Of a stretch of 36,804 nucleotides of DNA, positions 26,921 through 36,140 are shown one piece after another (within the stretch, counting starts at the first letter, position 1; each line of letters opens with the position of its first letter). The notes under the pieces were generated by a model. That model saw nothing but the letters and a program-made list of their open reading frames with translations. It made no database searches and was not told where the DNA came from. Source of the DNA: a virus (Duplodnaviria > Caudoviricetes). Both the position numbers and the translations under genes were made by a program. Location of the stretch: the IMG/VR virus record IMGVR_UViG_3300017699_000006, positions 1 to 36,804 of that record; one strand, written 5' to 3'.

Positions 26921-27155
26921 AGCCAATTCGCCAGTTTGTACCATCACAAAATACTGGAACTACGTTTGAACCACCACCAGCAACGACAGCGCCAATTCCC
27001 GCGGTTAAAGCTGCGTTGGAATTAGTAACTACTGAACGTGTGCCAAGTAGAGCAGCAGACGCAGCAGGGAGCTGCGCTACGGTGAAAGCTTCAAACTGTA
27101 CGTTTTCAACTAACGGATCAGCAAAAGCAACACCTACGGCTTTAGTATTTGACAT
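26919..27155 (-). CDS. Small virion (decoration-like) protein
   Basis: AAAGGA SD before ATG 27155; MSNTKAVGVAFADP...VFCDGTNWRIG. Confidence 0.65.
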   Translation of the reverse strand: MSNTKAVGVAFADPLVENVQFEAFTVAQLPAASAALLGTRSVVTNSNAALTAGIGAVVAGGGSNVVPVFCDGTNWRIG

Positions 27156-27167
27156 AACTTTTCCTTT

Positions 27168-27190
27168 AAAAACCCGCCCCGAAGGGCGGG
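27168..27190 (-). terminator. Rho-independent terminator
   Basis: CCCGCCC-TTCG-GGGCGGG-TTTTT on the - strand. Confidence 0.85.
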
Positions 27191-27198
27191 ACATTACA

Positions 27199-27591
27199 TT
27201 AAGCAATACGATAGAACACGTATGTAGCTACGCCTGTCTTGCGAACACGCCATGTGCTAGATGTAACTGCTGCAACAGCAGCAACACCAACTAAAGTACA
27301 ACCTGTGTTAGCAGTTACAGTAGCAGCGTTAGCAGCGTCTGTATTGATAATCGAAAAGTCGAATGAGCTATCTATTTTCATGCTACCGAACTCAGCGTCC
27401 AATGAAGTACCCAAAGGTACTGTCAAAGCAGCAGCCGCGCCAGCATAAGTAATGATGCCTGTAGCTAATTCAGCAGGTGTCAAAGTTGCTGCTGCGGTTT
27501 TAGCCGCAGGAGCTGCTTGAGTACCCATAACGATTTCATTAAGATTGCCGTCGCCGACTTGATAACCATTTGCGCCATTTGGAAGTGACAT
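27199..27591 (-). CDS. Putative capsid decoration protein
   Basis: AAGGA SD before ATG 27591 (MSLPNG...); Ala/Thr-rich; directly after the coat gene. Confidence 0.6.
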   Translation of the reverse strand: MSLPNGANGYQVGDGNLNEIVMGTQAAPAAKTAAATLTPAELATGIITYAGAAAALTVPLGTSLDAEFGSMKIDSSFDFSIINTDAANAATVTANTGCTLVGVAAVAAVTSSTWRVRKTGVATYVFYRIA

Positions 27592-27615
27592 AATAAATTC
27601 CTTAAAAAATAAGTT

Positions 27616-27640
27616 AAAAAGCCCCCGCTTGCGCGGGAGC
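27616..27640 (-). terminator. Rho-independent terminator after the coat gene
   Basis: GCTCCCGC-GCAA-GCGGGGGC-TTTTT on the - strand. Confidence 0.8.
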
Positions 27641-27648
27641 ATTTAGGT

Positions 27649-28857
27649 TTAACCCCAGAGGCGAACGCCCATTTGTGGACGAATCACGGAGTAGCCATAC
27701 AACACGTCGATACGGCATGGTAAACGGTCGTTATTGATGTCGTATTGGCGAACAATACGCATCGAAATACCGTTATGCACTTGACGTGAAGCCATGTCTA
27801 CACCCTGTGGCATCAACAAGTCAGCGGTCGCAAAAGTGATCGCATCTTTGTGATATACCAAGTTTTGTGGGTACTGGCTGTTTGCTGCGCCAATGAACGT
27901 AGTTACAGCGCCGTTGCCTGGCAGAGTGTCAACCGTTGCGAGTGCATGGCTTGCGCTATACATTGCTGGGCTAACAGTTACAGTAGCTGCGCCGCCTGCA
28001 GACGATGTAACGTCAGCAAGAACAACGAACTGCTGGAGCGAACCAGTAGACTCACGGGTTTGTGGGTTAACTGAGAAGCAACCTGCAACAGTGAACACAT
28101 CACCAGCTTTAATGGTCAATGCGTTACCAACACCGGCTAATACGATGGTGTTAGAACCTTGAGCAGTAACAGCGGCGCCAGTTGTGCCGGTTGAGTTACG
28201 AGTACCAGTTGTGAACTGCTTGATAGACTGGCTCATGTTGATCTCGTCAAGACCCAATACACCCATACCCATCATGCCGTTCTTAAACTGCTTGGAGATA
28301 GTGTCGGTTGGGTTGAAAAGACCTTTCATGCCTTCTACTAAACCAGCGTTAGCGGCTGGGTTAACAGTTGCGTAACGTGGGGACATTACGGCGGCGGCTT
28401 CGTTCAACTTCTGTTGAGCTTGCAACAGAACCAAAGAGGTAGCAGGTGTAAGACCTGGAGTACCTACAGACTGGTACATATTGCGGAAGCTGTTAGCTAC
28501 GTCAGCGTCAATAGACGATGCCAACTGGCTAATACGAGGCTTTAGAACACGCTCTGCAAAGTCATCTAACTGCATGGTCAATTCAGCAGTGGTGAAGTTA
28601 ACACCAATGTGCTTTTGATTAGATACAGTCAAAGTGGTGAACTGCTCGTTGTCGTCCTGAACTTGCAGGGCGGCACCGTCAGTTACCAAAGCGCGGTCTG
28701 GTAGACGAATACGGAGAGTAGAACCGATTTTTGCGCCTTCAACAGCAAAGCTGTCATCGTACGCGCGGTTTACGTTACGTGTGAGTACAAGGTTGTTCTC
28801 GAGGATCTCGAGAGCTTTTCTTGTAATCATGTCGATGGTTAAGATCGAATTTGACAT
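27649..28857 (-). CDS. Major capsid protein, P22 coat family
   Basis: MSNSILTIDMITRKALEILENNL, KIGSTLRIRLP, AGDVFTVAG, CRIDVLYG. Confidence 0.92.
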   Translation of the reverse strand: MSNSILTIDMITRKALEILENNLVLTRNVNRAYDDSFAVEGAKIGSTLRIRLPDRALVTDGAALQVQDDNEQFTTLTVSNQKHIGVNFTTAELTMQLDDFAERVLKPRISQLASSIDADVANSFRNMYQSVGTPGLTPATSLVLLQAQQKLNEAAAVMSPRYATVNPAANAGLVEGMKGLFNPTDTISKQFKNGMMGMGVLGLDEINMSQSIKQFTTGTRNSTGTTGAAVTAQGSNTIVLAGVGNALTIKAGDVFTVAGCFSVNPQTRESTGSLQQFVVLADVTSSAGGAATVTVSPAMYSASHALATVDTLPGNGAVTTFIGAANSQYPQNLVYHKDAITFATADLLMPQGVDMASRQVHNGISMRIVRQYDINNDRLPCRIDVLYGYSVIRPQMGVRLWG

Positions 28858-28880
28858 AGTTAAGTCCTAATAAAAAATAG

Positions 28881-29672
28881 TTAGCGGTTTCTCTGCGCTT
28901 CCCACTTCTTGATCTGTCTTTGGCGTTCTGCTTCGATCCACTCTGATGTACTCATGCTTTTTACAGAACGAGGATCAGTTGTATCGTAACTAGAAGATCC
29001 AGAGGATCTTGCCGTGACAGGAGCAATCGGTGCTGGAGCGCTCGAAGTCTTTTTTACAGGAGGATTATCGGCTAATTTAGCCTCAATCTTCCCTAATTCT
29101 TTGGCCTGCATGAGTGGCGATAAACGAGAAATACGTTCTGCTTCTTTCGGATTAGACCCTAGGTAATAAGCCATGTCGGGGCCAACATCAGAAGCTTGAA
29201 TCGTTTGAGCCATCGCGTCAGTGATTGGTAGCTTGGGGTTGTAGGCAACTTGTTCAAAGTCGTCGTACTTGTTCCGCGCTTCTTCTTCTCTGTCGTGGTA
29301 AGACTCAATGATCTCAGACTGCAACCTAGCTTGTTCACGCCTAGCAAGCAATTCTTCTGCCTTCTTTTCAGCCAAAACTTCGGCATACTCATCAGGTGAA
29401 GCAAACTGCTCAATCGGCGGGATTTCCGCTGGGGCTTTAAGCTGCTTTTCAGCGGCTTTAGCGGCCTGTTCTCTTTCCCACTTACGTTGTTCTCTAGCAA
29501 GTCGTTTACCAATAGCGGCGTCTAGTTCTTCTTGTGTGAAGGTCTTAGATGCTTCTGCTGCTGGCTCTACTGCTTCCGGCGTTGTTACTTCAGTTTCAGG
29601 TGCAGCCGTTGCTACCTGTTCTGGCGCGGCAGTTGTGTCCGCTAAGACTACTTCTTGTTGACTTTCGTCCAT
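28881..29672 (-). CDS. Scaffolding protein
   Basis: Acidic coiled coil (FTQEELDAAIGKRLARE), YYLGSNP, directly upstream of the coat gene. Confidence 0.8.
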   Translation of the reverse strand: MDESQQEVVLADTTAAPEQVATAAPETEVTTPEAVEPAAEASKTFTQEELDAAIGKRLAREQRKWEREQAAKAAEKQLKAPAEIPPIEQFASPDEYAEVLAEKKAEELLARREQARLQSEIIESYHDREEEARNKYDDFEQVAYNPKLPITDAMAQTIQASDVGPDMAYYLGSNPKEAERISRLSPLMQAKELGKIEAKLADNPPVKKTSSAPAPIAPVTARSSGSSSYDTTDPRSVKSMSTSEWIEAERQRQIKKWEAQRNR

Positions 29673-29724
29673 TTCGATGTTTCCCTAAGAAACCCTGGTG
29701 TATCGCGCCAGTACGATTTAATTC

Positions 29725-30222
29725 TTAAACTGCTATAGAAGCGACTTTAGCTTGAAATGCCTTAACACGGGCGTCTAACGTAGCTTGATCGCTTGCTAAT
29801 TTATCTTGTGCTATTTTTAATTCATTTTGCGCTTTAAGTAAAGCGGCTTCTTTGTTTGCAAGGCTTTGCTCTTTAGCCGCCGCCGATTTTTCAAAATTAG
29901 CACTAGCAACATCTAGCTCTTTAGCCTTAGTAGCTAATGCAATTTCGCGTGTATCTAGGTCTGCTTTTTGCGCTTTAGACTTTGCGTTGGTTTCTTTAGC
30001 TTCTTCTAAAGCACCATCAATCTCAGCCTTTTTGCTTGCAGCGTAAGCTTCTGCCTCTGCACGTAACTTGGCTGCATCTTCAACAGCGGACATTGCGCCC
30101 TGGCGTTTAGCCAATTCATCACGCAAAACAGCCATTTTACCGAGGTCTTTTAAGAAATCCTTGGTGAAATAATCCATTAATTTGCTTGAGTCAATACCAC
30201 CTGAGCCGTTAGAAATGTCCAT
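29725..30222 (-). CDS. Coiled-coil hypothetical protein
   Basis: Ala/Lys/Glu heptads, AAGGTG SD. Confidence 0.65.
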   Translation of the reverse strand: MDISNGSGGIDSSKLMDYFTKDFLKDLGKMAVLRDELAKRQGAMSAVEDAAKLRAEAEAYAASKKAEIDGALEEAKETNAKSKAQKADLDTREIALATKAKELDVASANFEKSAAAKEQSLANKEAALLKAQNELKIAQDKLASDQATLDARVKAFQAKVASIAV

Positions 30223-30231
30223 AAGTCACCT

Positions 30232-30537
30232 TTAAGCGTAATAGCTAATGTTAAGTTCGGCGGTGCCGCCGTTTTCAATAAATCGAATTCTAGTCAAATC
30301 GCCGTCATACTGCAAGGTAACTCCCGCAGCCAAAGGCATACCGACCGAAGCGGTAGGTGCAACGCCGTCATCGCGCCAACGAACGGCGGCAGTTAAAGGC
30401 GTAATTAACGCAAACGTAGGTTTTTGGTTAAGGCCTTGTAAGTCGCGTTGCGGTACAGTCAGTCCTACCGCAGCAGTCAAACTAGTGATTTGTTGATAGC
30501 CAAGGCAAGTGGTTATCGCTTTTAAATTAATAGCCAT
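30232..30537 (-). CDS. Small beta-rich head-module protein
   Basis: VRWRDDGVAPTASVGMPL; coupled start. Confidence 0.6.
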   Translation of the reverse strand: MAINLKAITTCLGYQQITSLTAAVGLTVPQRDLQGLNQKPTFALITPLTAAVRWRDDGVAPTASVGMPLAAGVTLQYDGDLTRIRFIENGGTAELNISYYA

Positions 30538-30653
30538 TAAAATCTCCCTCGTTCGGTGAATGACCGAAGTTTTACGTAAAGTTGTTCAGCAGCTTCTATG
30601 ATAGACCCAAAAAAGCCACCTGCAAAGAATTTTCCGTTAAAAAAATTACCCAT
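30537..30653 (-). CDS. 38-aa peptide MGNFFNGKFFAGGFFGSIIEAAEQLYVKLRSFTERGRF
   Basis: TGATG and TAATG overlaps with both neighbours; absent from the ORF track. Confidence 0.6.
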   Translation of the reverse strand: MGNFFNGKFFAGGFFGSIIEAAEQLYVKLRSFTERGRF

Positions 30654-30943
30654 CAGAAAGTACCACCTGCAACTTGTAAAGTACCGCCCAAAGTTAAATT
30701 GCCACTAGACGTTACTGTACCTGATAGCGTAAGGCCTGACACCGTACCCGTACCACTTACGCTAGTAACTGTACCTACACCCGTAACCCCTGTAATTGAC
30801 CCGCCTGTAATGTTGACGCTATTGGCGTTTTGCTCTGCCATTGTCCCCAAACCGCTTAATGTGTGGTTTGCATCCCAAGCCGCAGCGCCCGTAGCACTAA
30901 AAGTGCCGTCGGCGGGAGTTGAATGGTTGACAGTTATTGGCAT
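30653..30943 (-). CDS. Short fibre-like virion protein
   Basis: LGTMAEQNANSVNITGG, GTVTSVSGTGTVSGLTL, ends GGTF. Confidence 0.6.
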   Translation of the reverse strand: MPITVNHSTPADGTFSATGAAAWDANHTLSGLGTMAEQNANSVNITGGSITGVTGVGTVTSVSGTGTVSGLTLSGTVTSSGNLTLGGTLQVAGGTF

Positions 30944-31305
30944 TATGCTAAGAATTTAAGCTTGTAAAGGGTTGAAAGGTATAGCTCAATGATGCCATCA
31001 ATCAAATTCTGTAACGGAGCGTCATCTTTGCTACAAACCTCATATCGCATGGCTTCTAGCTCGGCAAGCTGATCTTCTAAAAAAGCCACGACGTTTTCGG
31101 TCTTTTTGGCAGACATTAAGCTGATCGGGCCAATCAAACCATGACGGCCTTGGTAGGCTTCGGCGAATGAATCTGCCAAATCAATGATATTTTCGTAGAA
31201 TTTCTGCAACGCCTTGTGCTTGGAATAACTACGAGTGTTTAAATGCACTGAATGGGTCACATCCCGTGCTAAAAACAACATTCCTATAAATTTTTCGCAG
31301 CTCAT
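30943..31305 (-). CDS. Ferritin/Dps-like four-helix protein (DUF5856-like)
   Basis: HSVHL...HKALQKFY...DSFAEAYQG...QNLIDGI...TLYKL. Confidence 0.7.
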   Translation of the reverse strand: MSCEKFIGMLFLARDVTHSVHLNTRSYSKHKALQKFYENIIDLADSFAEAYQGRHGLIGPISLMSAKKTENVVAFLEDQLAELEAMRYEVCSKDDAPLQNLIDGIIELYLSTLYKLKFLA

Positions 31306-33551
31306 TGTGGCATCATCCCTTCAGGTGGCATTTGTTCTGGGGGCATCATCTCAGGAGCCATCTCAGGTTGCATCGGCGCAAGTGCTTCGGGCGGTATTTC
31401 TATCGGCTCGCGTTGCAATTCTTGACCAACAAGGTCGCCGGTATCTAAAGCGGCAGCAATCGTACCCATCACAATGTCTTGGATCTGTTCGGCGGTCATG
31501 CCTGCTGAAACAGCGCTAATTCGCTGTGTTTCAGCCTGATATGCCTTGATTTCAGCCTCAAAATTCTTGCGTTCCAAGTCCTGAACTTCAACGGATTTTT
31601 GGAAATTCTGCATCATTTGAGCCATTTGGTCTAATTCAGCGCCCATTGCTTGCATTTGCTGTTCAGCAGCCTGCAAAGCAGGGTCTTTATCGCCATCTTC
31701 TAGCAATTTAGGGTCAATTGTCTTAGCCAAACGCGCCGCCAGCTCCTCTGAACCAGGCCAATCCATGTTTTTAACAAATAAATCGCCTGCAACTGACCAC
31801 AACTGTGGGTTTCCTTGCAGAATCTGACTCATAGCGTCCATTGCTTCTTGACGCTTGGTCATGTAGCTTGGGCCTGTGGTGACTACGACATCGTAACGGC
31901 CAACGCCAGGGTTATAAATCTTCTCAATCAACACGCCAGTATTAACGTCGCGGATCTCGTTGACGGGATTAGGCTGCTGCGGGTTAATCTTAACCATATC
32001 GACTTCGCCATCTAAGCCAACGATACGAGCAATGCGCTCGGTGTCGTAAATCTTAGGGATCATGTCAACGAGTTGACGTGTGATGTGGCGAATTGCACGG
32101 GCAAGGTTGTCAACGTAGTGATACGTACCTGTATCACCTTGCTTTTCCCGTGCCAGAATAGCCCGACCTGAGCGTTCGTTACTTGTGGCTCCTAAGCTCG
32201 AGTCGTACTGTCCAGTGGTGGACTTGATGTCATCGGACGCGCCCATCTTGGCTTGAATCAAACCAGTTTGGGGCAGTGGGGGCGCGGCGCGTTGGGGCAA
32301 TGGCAATACAGCGCCCATGCCATCCGTCACGTCGGGGTTTACTTCCAAATACGGCCAGTTGGTCGTATTGGCTGTTTTCCACTGCATTTCGTAACCTTCA
32401 AACTGACCGCCATAGCCGATAAACGGCGCTTTTGGCGCAAGGGCGAGCATCTCAGCCTCTTGGCTAGTCCAGTAGTTGTACATCCGCTGTGCATCTTTTG
32501 CGTTACGTACCAAGCCAGATATGTAAATCTGACCTTCTACTTCAAATTCGTTACCAATCACGCGCACGACAGGGATCCACTTGCCTGCCCACTCACGTTC
32601 CTCTAAGGACTCAAAACCGTTGGTTTTCATCCACATGACTTTTTTGCGATCAACGCGGCGTGACTTGATGGGCTTTAGCCCCATCTCTTTCATGTTTTTA
32701 TCTTCAGGCGATCCGTCAAAAAACGATTGATTGCCTGGGTACAAGTTGAGCGTTGCGTCCTCATGCTTGTAGTAGAAATACTCAGCGATGCGGATGGTGT
32801 CCTCAGTGAGCCACTGGCTCAGGTACTGATCGCCTACACCGCTTGCCAATATGGAGCTGAGGGGCGCGGCGTCGGGGTACTCACGCTCATACTCTTGCTT
32901 AGTAATGTCTTGCGTAATGAAGCACCACTCGGCGTCGGCGCCTGTGGGGTCTTGCGACATTGGATCCATGTAGACGCTGAAGCTGTTGCGTACCCGCCCG
33001 ATGCGGAGGTCTTGGTCAAAACTGTCCTCGTCGCAATACTCAGTTAACACGCGAATGTAACCTTCACCGTAGGTGACTTGGTTTTCGCAGGCGGTGTCGT
33101 ACGCTACATCGGCGTCGCTCATGTACTCAATGTGGCGAACCATGCCGTCATAGATGGCTGCTACTTCCACATCGGCCTTGTCATCCGCTGGGATGACCTT
33201 ACCCGATGGGCGATTCTGCCGCTGTTCGTTCGTTACTTGACGGACGTGCTGTGGCAGCTTGTTGATTGTCAGGCATGGGCGCGCGTTGATCGTTTGACCT
33301 TGCACTGCGCCACGCGTAGCCAATACGTCCGCAGGCCATTGCCATTGGTTGTCTGGCGAACCTGCCATAAAGCGCAAATCGTCTAACTCATCCTCACGGC
33401 TGTCGCTAAACGCAGCAATCGCCATCGTGTAGCGTGATCGCATCTCATCTAAGGTGTCCTTGTGATCGGCTGGATCACCCTGTGGGCCGCCCCGCGCCGA
33501 TACTTGCCCTGCTTTATTGATGCCCGTTGGGTCTTGATTCATTGTCGCCAT
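31302..33551 (-). CDS. Portal protein, P22-like
   Basis: DLRFMAG...QW, RPCLTINKL, GLVRNAKDAQRMYNYW, SGRAILAR, YDVVVTTGPSYMTKRQE, Gln-rich C-terminal barrel. Confidence 0.92.
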   Translation of the reverse strand: MATMNQDPTGINKAGQVSARGGPQGDPADHKDTLDEMRSRYTMAIAAFSDSREDELDDLRFMAGSPDNQWQWPADVLATRGAVQGQTINARPCLTINKLPQHVRQVTNEQRQNRPSGKVIPADDKADVEVAAIYDGMVRHIEYMSDADVAYDTACENQVTYGEGYIRVLTEYCDEDSFDQDLRIGRVRNSFSVYMDPMSQDPTGADAEWCFITQDITKQEYEREYPDAAPLSSILASGVGDQYLSQWLTEDTIRIAEYFYYKHEDATLNLYPGNQSFFDGSPEDKNMKEMGLKPIKSRRVDRKKVMWMKTNGFESLEEREWAGKWIPVVRVIGNEFEVEGQIYISGLVRNAKDAQRMYNYWTSQEAEMLALAPKAPFIGYGGQFEGYEMQWKTANTTNWPYLEVNPDVTDGMGAVLPLPQRAAPPLPQTGLIQAKMGASDDIKSTTGQYDSSLGATSNERSGRAILAREKQGDTGTYHYVDNLARAIRHITRQLVDMIPKIYDTERIARIVGLDGEVDMVKINPQQPNPVNEIRDVNTGVLIEKIYNPGVGRYDVVVTTGPSYMTKRQEAMDAMSQILQGNPQLWSVAGDLFVKNMDWPGSEELAARLAKTIDPKLLEDGDKDPALQAAEQQMQAMGAELDQMAQMMQNFQKSVEVQDLERKNFEAEIKAYQAETQRISAVSAGMTAEQIQDIVMGTIAAALDTGDLVGQELQREPIEIPPEALAPMQPEMAPEMMPPEQMPPEGMMPQ

Positions 33552-33709
33552 TATCTGCCACGTCCACTTGCGCGTTTCATTGGTTTAGCCGCCGCGCGTT
33601 TGGTCGCATACGCAATTGCTACAGCTTGTTTGACGGGCTTGCCTGCCTTAATCTCAGCCTTGACGTTAGAACGGAAGGCTTCTTTGCTTGTCGATTTTTT
33701 GAGTGGCAT
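33551..33709 (-). CDS. Small basic protein (52 aa, MPLKKSTSKEAFRSNVKAEIKAGKPVKQAVAIAY...)
   Basis: Stop overlaps the portal ATG; absent from the ORF track. Confidence 0.75.
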   Translation of the reverse strand: MPLKKSTSKEAFRSNVKAEIKAGKPVKQAVAIAYATKRAAAKPMKRASGRGR

Positions 33710-33710
33710 A

Positions 33711-34139
33711 TTAGCTTTCTGTATGAATAATGATGTAATTTAGCTTAATAGCTTCACTATACGCATTGTTAGTTACATTTTTAAGCTCTAATGTAAACGA
33801 TCCGTTTGCTATTGCTGCAACAAACACGTTGTACGCACCTAAAGTACCGCCAGACGCTACGTTAGCTACAACTGCATCTCTAGCGCTTACGGCGCTGCAC
33901 GTTACTACAAACACGGCATTAGCATTAGGCGCCATTTGAGCGTTAGCGGTAGTAATTTGACCACAAGGGGTGTTGATCGTTACACCCGTAGTTTTGTTGT
34001 TTTGCTGGGTTACGGTACTAAACTTAGAAGCAGAATAACCTAATGTTCCTGTACTAATGATGTCAGTAGCACTAAGTGTATCTGCGCCAATAATGTTTTG
34101 ATCTTCGTACGCTACGCCGATTGGCTTATTATTTGCCAT
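33711..34139 (-). CDS. Putative virion decoration/fibre protein
   Basis: MANNKPIGVAYEDQ; TVTQ...KTTGVTIN...GQIT; beta-rich. Confidence 0.6.
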   Translation of the reverse strand: MANNKPIGVAYEDQNIIGADTLSATDIISTGTLGYSASKFSTVTQQNNKTTGVTINTPCGQITTANAQMAPNANAVFVVTCSAVSARDAVVANVASGGTLGAYNVFVAAIANGSFTLELKNVTNNAYSEAIKLNYIIIHTES

Positions 34140-34141
34140 AA

Positions 34142-34318
34142 TTACTTCGCTTTCTTAGCTGCGGTTTTTACGGGCTTGGCTGTTTTAGCCGATTCCTTAA
34201 ACGCTTTAGCGGTTGGCGCGCCTTTTGCGCCAGGTTTACGCATTTTTTCGCCTGATCCAGCGGCGATACGTGCCTTTTTTGCGTGAATATTAGCGTAAAG
34301 TCCAGGTTTAGTAGCCAC
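34142..34318 (-). CDS. Small basic protein (58 aa, MATKPGLYANIHAKKARIAAGSGEKMRKPG...)
   Basis: GTG at 34318 with AAAAGGA SD. Confidence 0.7.
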   Translation of the reverse strand: MATKPGLYANIHAKKARIAAGSGEKMRKPGAKGAPTAKAFKESAKTAKPVKTAAKKAK

Positions 34319-34331
34319 GGTAGTTTTCCTT

Positions 34332-34613
34332 TTAACAGTTCCAGCTTTTGAGGGCGGCTTTCGCACGCGGGGCGTCGCCTTTGGCGTTTTTGACAACTCC
34401 TGACATTCTTGCACAGAAGGATTTTTTGCGTCCGGCGTCCGCTTTAGTCTTAGGATTTGGAGCAGGCGCTTTAAGATTTGCATTATTTTTTGCATTATAG
34501 GCCTTTCGACCTGCTGCGGTCATACCTGCACCTTCAGCAGTTGATTTGTAGTTACGGCTCTTGCCCGTAGTCGTACGGGGAATGGGTTTATCCGGTGATT
34601 TTTTCGTAGCCAT
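34332..34613 (-). CDS. Small basic protein (DUF6321-like)
   Basis: GMTAAGRKAYN...LKAP...RKKSFCARMSG...WNC. Confidence 0.75.
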   Translation of the reverse strand: MATKKSPDKPIPRTTTGKSRNYKSTAEGAGMTAAGRKAYNAKNNANLKAPAPNPKTKADAGRKKSFCARMSGVVKNAKGDAPRAKAALKSWNC

Positions 34614-36140
34614 TTACGCGCCCATCCAAGAGTTTACGATTCCATGCTGAGAATAAGACCGAACGGGACGCTTGTCAACATATTCGCGATGCGCTACCGG
34701 GAACGCGAACGTCAGCGCGATAGCGTCAGCACTGTCTGGCGATGCCAAGCCCCGCGCTTTCATCTCTTTTTTGCCTTCCAAGTAGATCGCGCCCTTACTG
34801 TCGGGCTTCATCATGGGTGAGATCAGGTCGGTCTTGAGCATTTTCTCGTTCGGGATGCTCGCCGTCTTGAGCCAGTCCTTCATCGTCCCCCAAATCTGCG
34901 CCCGCAGGTTGCCGTACATCATGGGGTTTTTACTCTTGTTTGCGAAGTTTACCCCGCGGATCTTGTACCGCTGCTCCTTGAGCCGATCCACGACGCCAGC
35001 GCCTAGCCCACCTTCGTCGATGGCAACCACCGCTGGCTGGTACTGCTCGATTGCTTCGATCACGTGGCCGACCACCGTCATGGTGTCGTCGCCCTTGAAC
35101 CTGCGTATCTCCACGATGTCGCGCCCTTGCCGCACCGCAATGACTGTTGAGTCCGAGCCGAACCGGGCTGGATCCACACCAATCACGATGGGCGCGGAGT
35201 CATCCTGATGTTTGCCCCGCTTCATAGCTTCGTCCACCAAGGTTGACGGAATGAACTGATCGTCGCCTTCGGAGGGGAACGAGCCGTAGACCTCCACGTG
35301 CGCCTGGTACGAATCCGCGCCATATTCTTCAATAATTTGGTTGTAGACGTTCTTGTCCGTGCCTTCTACATCCCTAGCGTCTACTTGCCTTGATTGCCAA
35401 AAGTCACGCTTGCTACCCTCGATCGCCTCGTAGAAATAGCCCGTATTACGCCGTGGGTTGCTAAAGCAGCACCAAAAGCGGTTGGGTGTATTCTCCGTAA
35501 AGAAGCCCGATGTCACCGCCCAGATGGAGTCATCAATACCTGACGCTTCGTCAAACACGACCATTACCCCGTCGTAGTTGTGAACCCCCGCGAACGCGTC
35601 AGGGTTCTCAGCCGACCACAGTCGTCCCTCTAAGTTCCAGTAGCGGGTGCCTTTTTTGAGATCACGCTCAACCAGCTCAGTCAGCCATTTAGCAGGCATG
35701 ACCCTTGTGGCTGATATTTCCCACCAGTAGGTGTTGATCGACATAGACGACCACTTGGTAATCTCAGCCCAGGTTACGCTTCTGAGCTGGGATTCAGAGT
35801 TAGCAGATACGATAACCGTTGACCCGATGCGAGTAGTCATCATCCATAGAACTAACCAGCTAACCAAGGCCGACTTGCCAATACCACGGCCTGACGCAAT
35901 TGCTAGGCGCAATACGTCGTAGTTTAGCTTGCCGTTGTTCTTTTTGATGTGTTCGGCTAGGTCTTGCAAGACCTGGCGCTGCCACTTGCGTGGGCCAGTA
36001 AAGTGTTCTAGCGGTGTGCCAGCTTCGCCCCACGGGAACGCAAACATCACGAACGCCAAGGGGTTGTCTTTGATGGCTGGCGCCCACAGCCGCGCCATGA
36101 GTTCCATCTCGTCTTGCGCGGAGTAGCGTGGCTCTTGCAT
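34614..36140 (-). CDS. terL: Terminase large subunit
   Basis: Walker A SGRGIGKS, Walker B VVFDEA, SNP coupling motif; nuclease motifs GVDPA, IDEGG, SPDSADA. Confidence 0.93.
   Translation of the reverse strand: MQEPRYSAQDEMELMARLWAPAIKDNPLAFVMFAFPWGEAGTPLEHFTGPRKWQRQVLQDLAEHIKKNNGKLNYDVLRLAIASGRGIGKSALVSWLVLWMMTTRIGSTVIVSANSESQLRSVTWAEITKWSSMSINTYWWEISATRVMPAKWLTELVERDLKKGTRYWNLEGRLWSAENPDAFAGVHNYDGVMVVFDEASGIDDSIWAVTSGFFTENTPNRFWCCFSNPRRNTGYFYEAIEGSKRDFWQSRQVDARDVEGTDKNVYNQIIEEYGADSYQAHVEVYGSFPSEGDDQFIPSTLVDEAMKRGKHQDDSAPIVIGVDPARFGSDSTVIAVRQGRDIVEIRRFKGDDTMTVVGHVIEAIEQYQPAVVAIDEGGLGAGVVDRLKEQRYKIRGVNFANKSKNPMMYGNLRAQIWGTMKDWLKTASIPNEKMLKTDLISPMMKPDSKGAIYLEGKKEMKARGLASPDSADAIALTFAFPVAHREYVDKRPVRSYSQHGIVNSWMGA

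Noticed and set aside
34319-34495. N-terminal extension of ORF 34142..34495
   Set aside because: Overlaps the DUF6321-like gene; a GTG with a good SD exists at 34318
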